Sequence record: AP019418.1
Strand: one strand, 5' to 3'
DNA: 64,000 nucleotides
The notes below the pieces were generated by a model. It worked only from the letters and a program-made list of their open reading frames with translations, was not told where the DNA came from and made no database searches. The position numbers and the translations under genes were made by a program. Below are positions 62,100 to 64,000 of the stretch, in pieces; positions within the stretch are counted from its first letter, which is position 1; every line of letters begins with the position of its first letter.

Positions 62100-62110
62100 G
62101 GAGGAATCAC

Positions 62111-62572
62111 TCAGTAAACACCATTAACAATAGCCTCGCGGAAACGAGACCATTCGGTTTGTCCAATTGCGAATACACGTTCTTTAGGGCGCCATAGATG
62201 ATCACCGCAGTCAAGACCCAAGTAAAGCATATTGGCTTTCCAATGATTGCGATGAACACGTAAATTAGCTGACGTACTGAACTCACGCATTACTTCTTTT
62301 ACATTAAGATGAGTTAGTGTATCGCTAATCATACCTGACAAACTGATACCAATTGCTTTACGAACTCGGATCAGATCGGCAGTCATTTTACGCCAAGTTA
62401 TCAGATGTTCATAGTACTCATCTGGTGTCATGTTGTTTTTATAGTTCAATGCACCTGGAGTCATTGACATCCAGTTAGTGAATTGCGATGTCATGTAATA
62501 CATCCAATCACTATTATGACGGAGTTCTTTAAGCTTCTCTTGTATTACGATGTTAGTAGTTGCTTTGGGCAT
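62111..62572 (-). CDS. hypothetical protein
   Basis: 153 aa, GAGGGA RBS. Confidence 0.7.
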   Translation of the reverse strand: MPKATTNIVIQEKLKELRHNSDWMYYMTSQFTNWMSMTPGALNYKNNMTPDEYYEHLITWRKMTADLIRVRKAIGISLSGMISDTLTHLNVKEVMREFSTSANLRVHRNHWKANMLYLGLDCGDHLWRPKERVFAIGQTEWSRFREAIVNGVY

Positions 62573-62702
62573 TATTAATCCCTCAGGGCTTGATGGATGA
62601 AGTTACTTTAGACAATTAGCGAAAAACTTCGGACGATGTACCTTCAACTATTTAACGAACTTATCCAGTCCGGCTTCACGCACGAGCTTTTGTTCCTTAG
62701 AC

Positions 62703-63140
62703 TTAGCCATTTACGTATCCCTCGTCAGATACATAAGTGCGTTCAGGGCTGAATACATACTTGATTTTATTGATCACAGCTGTAATATAAACCTGATATT
62801 CTTTTGAAATAGATTCCATCAGTTCAATAGATACGGAATTTGAACTCTGAATAAGCTTACTTACCTTCTCTAGTTCATCAAGGTCACTACCGCAAATTAT
62901 ACCAACATCACTGAAGCTGATAACTGGATAGTGTTTCCAAATATAAGAACGCAGTTTACCAAGATGAATTACTTGAATTGTTTCATCGCACCATTGTTTC
63001 TTTTTCTTATTGTAGTATTTAACATGACGTTCGATGAAGACGCGATTACCAGAAACAGAGGGGTATGTATTCAGTGCATAACCATACGTATGGGCGGTGT
63101 TATTTGGATCTTGTCGCCATTTTGGAATAAATGCTTTCAT
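62703..63140 (-). CDS. hypothetical protein
   Basis: 145 aa, AAGGA RBS. Confidence 0.7.
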   Translation of the reverse strand: MKAFIPKWRQDPNNTAHTYGYALNTYPSVSGNRVFIERHVKYYNKKKKQWCDETIQVIHLGKLRSYIWKHYPVISFSDVGIICGSDLDELEKVSKLIQSSNSVSIELMESISKEYQVYITAVINKIKYVFSPERTYVSDEGYVNG

Positions 63141-63167
63141 TTGTATTTTCCTTTTTACGAAATAGAA

Positions 63168-63186
63168 GCCCTCCCGAAGGAGGGCA
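63168..63186 (-). terminator. terminator
   Basis: GCCCTCC-CGAA-GGAGGGC. Confidence 0.8.
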
Positions 63187-63198
63187 ATTATACTATTA

Positions 63199-63513
63199 TT
63201 AAATTACGTATCTAGCTACTTCTTTTAATTTCTCGCCGGGCGTGGCCAGATAATCGACATTATATTTAATAGCAATTACACCAACGTGTTCTTTTCTCAA
63301 TAGTTGTTCTACCTGATCACATAATTTATAAATAGTTCCATCTTCTACATCTTCGTATAATGGATATTGGCTATAAATATTATCAGGTGTAAGTACAGAC
63401 AGTTTCAATTCCCCGTCTTTATCAATGACTGGGTGATATGTCTGTTTAAGACCTTTACAATGATAGTGATAGGTAATGCGCTGCTGTTTAGTGGTCATGT
63501 AAAGATACCTCAA
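63199..63513 (-). CDS. hypothetical protein
   Basis: 104 aa, overlap with upstream stop. Confidence 0.65.
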   Translation of the reverse strand: MRYLYMTTKQQRITYHYHCKGLKQTYHPVIDKDGELKLSVLTPDNIYSQYPLYEDVEDGTIYKLCDQVEQLLRKEHVGVIAIKYNVDYLATPGEKLKEVARYVI

Positions 63514-63959
63514 ATAAACCGTTGGGTAGTTCCGTCTTTAAAGACAGTTAGTTGATTAACATCTTTCAATGAATTATCTGCAATATTCTTAGCCAATAGC
63601 AGTAGATCATTGTGATATGTTTTAATGAGAACTTTAAGCCTCTCCCTCTGTTTATAGCGGAAACCTTTATTAATCACAGTAACTCCATCCGGGTTATTTT
63701 TATAATTCAGTACAGTGATTGGTGTATTCGGTACAAAGACAGCTAACTCATCATCGAATACAATATAAACCATCACTTTATAATTATTAACCGATTCTTG
63801 GAATTGTTGTGTGATTACATTATAGTCTTTTGTGCGATGACTAAGAAATAGCTCTCTATTAGCTCGGCAGAAACTATGTCGTGCTTCTTTATCAGCACTC
63901 ATAACAGCGATACCACGGATAATGAATTTATTATCTAAGGTATATTTTCTTTGAGACAT
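63510..63959 (-). CDS. hypothetical protein, possibly 5'-truncated by window edge
   Basis: Frame stays open upstream of the ATG to the end of the window. Confidence 0.6.
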   Translation of the reverse strand: MSQRKYTLDNKFIIRGIAVMSADKEARHSFCRANRELFLSHRTKDYNVITQQFQESVNNYKVMVYIVFDDELAVFVPNTPITVLNYKNNPDGVTVINKGFRYKQRERLKVLIKTYHNDLLLLAKNIADNSLKDVNQLTVFKDGTTQRFI

Positions 63960-64000
63960 TGCATAATCGACTACATCAACATCACCGCCGAATAGTACGG

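Overview
AT-rich segment of a nucleus-forming Pseudomonas jumbo phage of the phiKZ group (Phikzvirus-like). It is shown in reverse orientation relative to the phiKZ reference and crosses the reference gp001/gp306 junction near 37.7 kb. Recognisable genes are the PhuZ tubulin, the RNase E inhibitor Dip, tail tube and sheath, three conserved virion genes, large terminase, DHFR, class Ia NrdA/NrdB, a protease-processed gp303-like head protein, a Kelch propeller and seven tRNAs (Leu-UAA, Pro-UGG, Ile2-CAU, Asp, Asn x2, Thr-UGU). About 30 small early genes at 24.5-35.6 kb include a likely phiKZ014 ribosome binder, and a second block of accessory genes lies at 49-64 kb. phiKZ gp numbers are assigned from recall and gene order, not from a search. 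Nine TTTAA-N4-TATATTAC-type early promoters and many GC-rich terminator hairpins are visible. The strongest leads are a membrane-anchored Bcs1-like AAA ATPase near an HslV/proteasome-beta-like Ntn hydrolase (possible phage protein translocation or degradation machine), a candidate sRNA with two C-rich anti-SD-like loops, tandem ART-like genes, a bL12-like early protein and repeated promoter-RBS cassettes. No CRISPR array, rRNA, IS element, intron or intein was seen.
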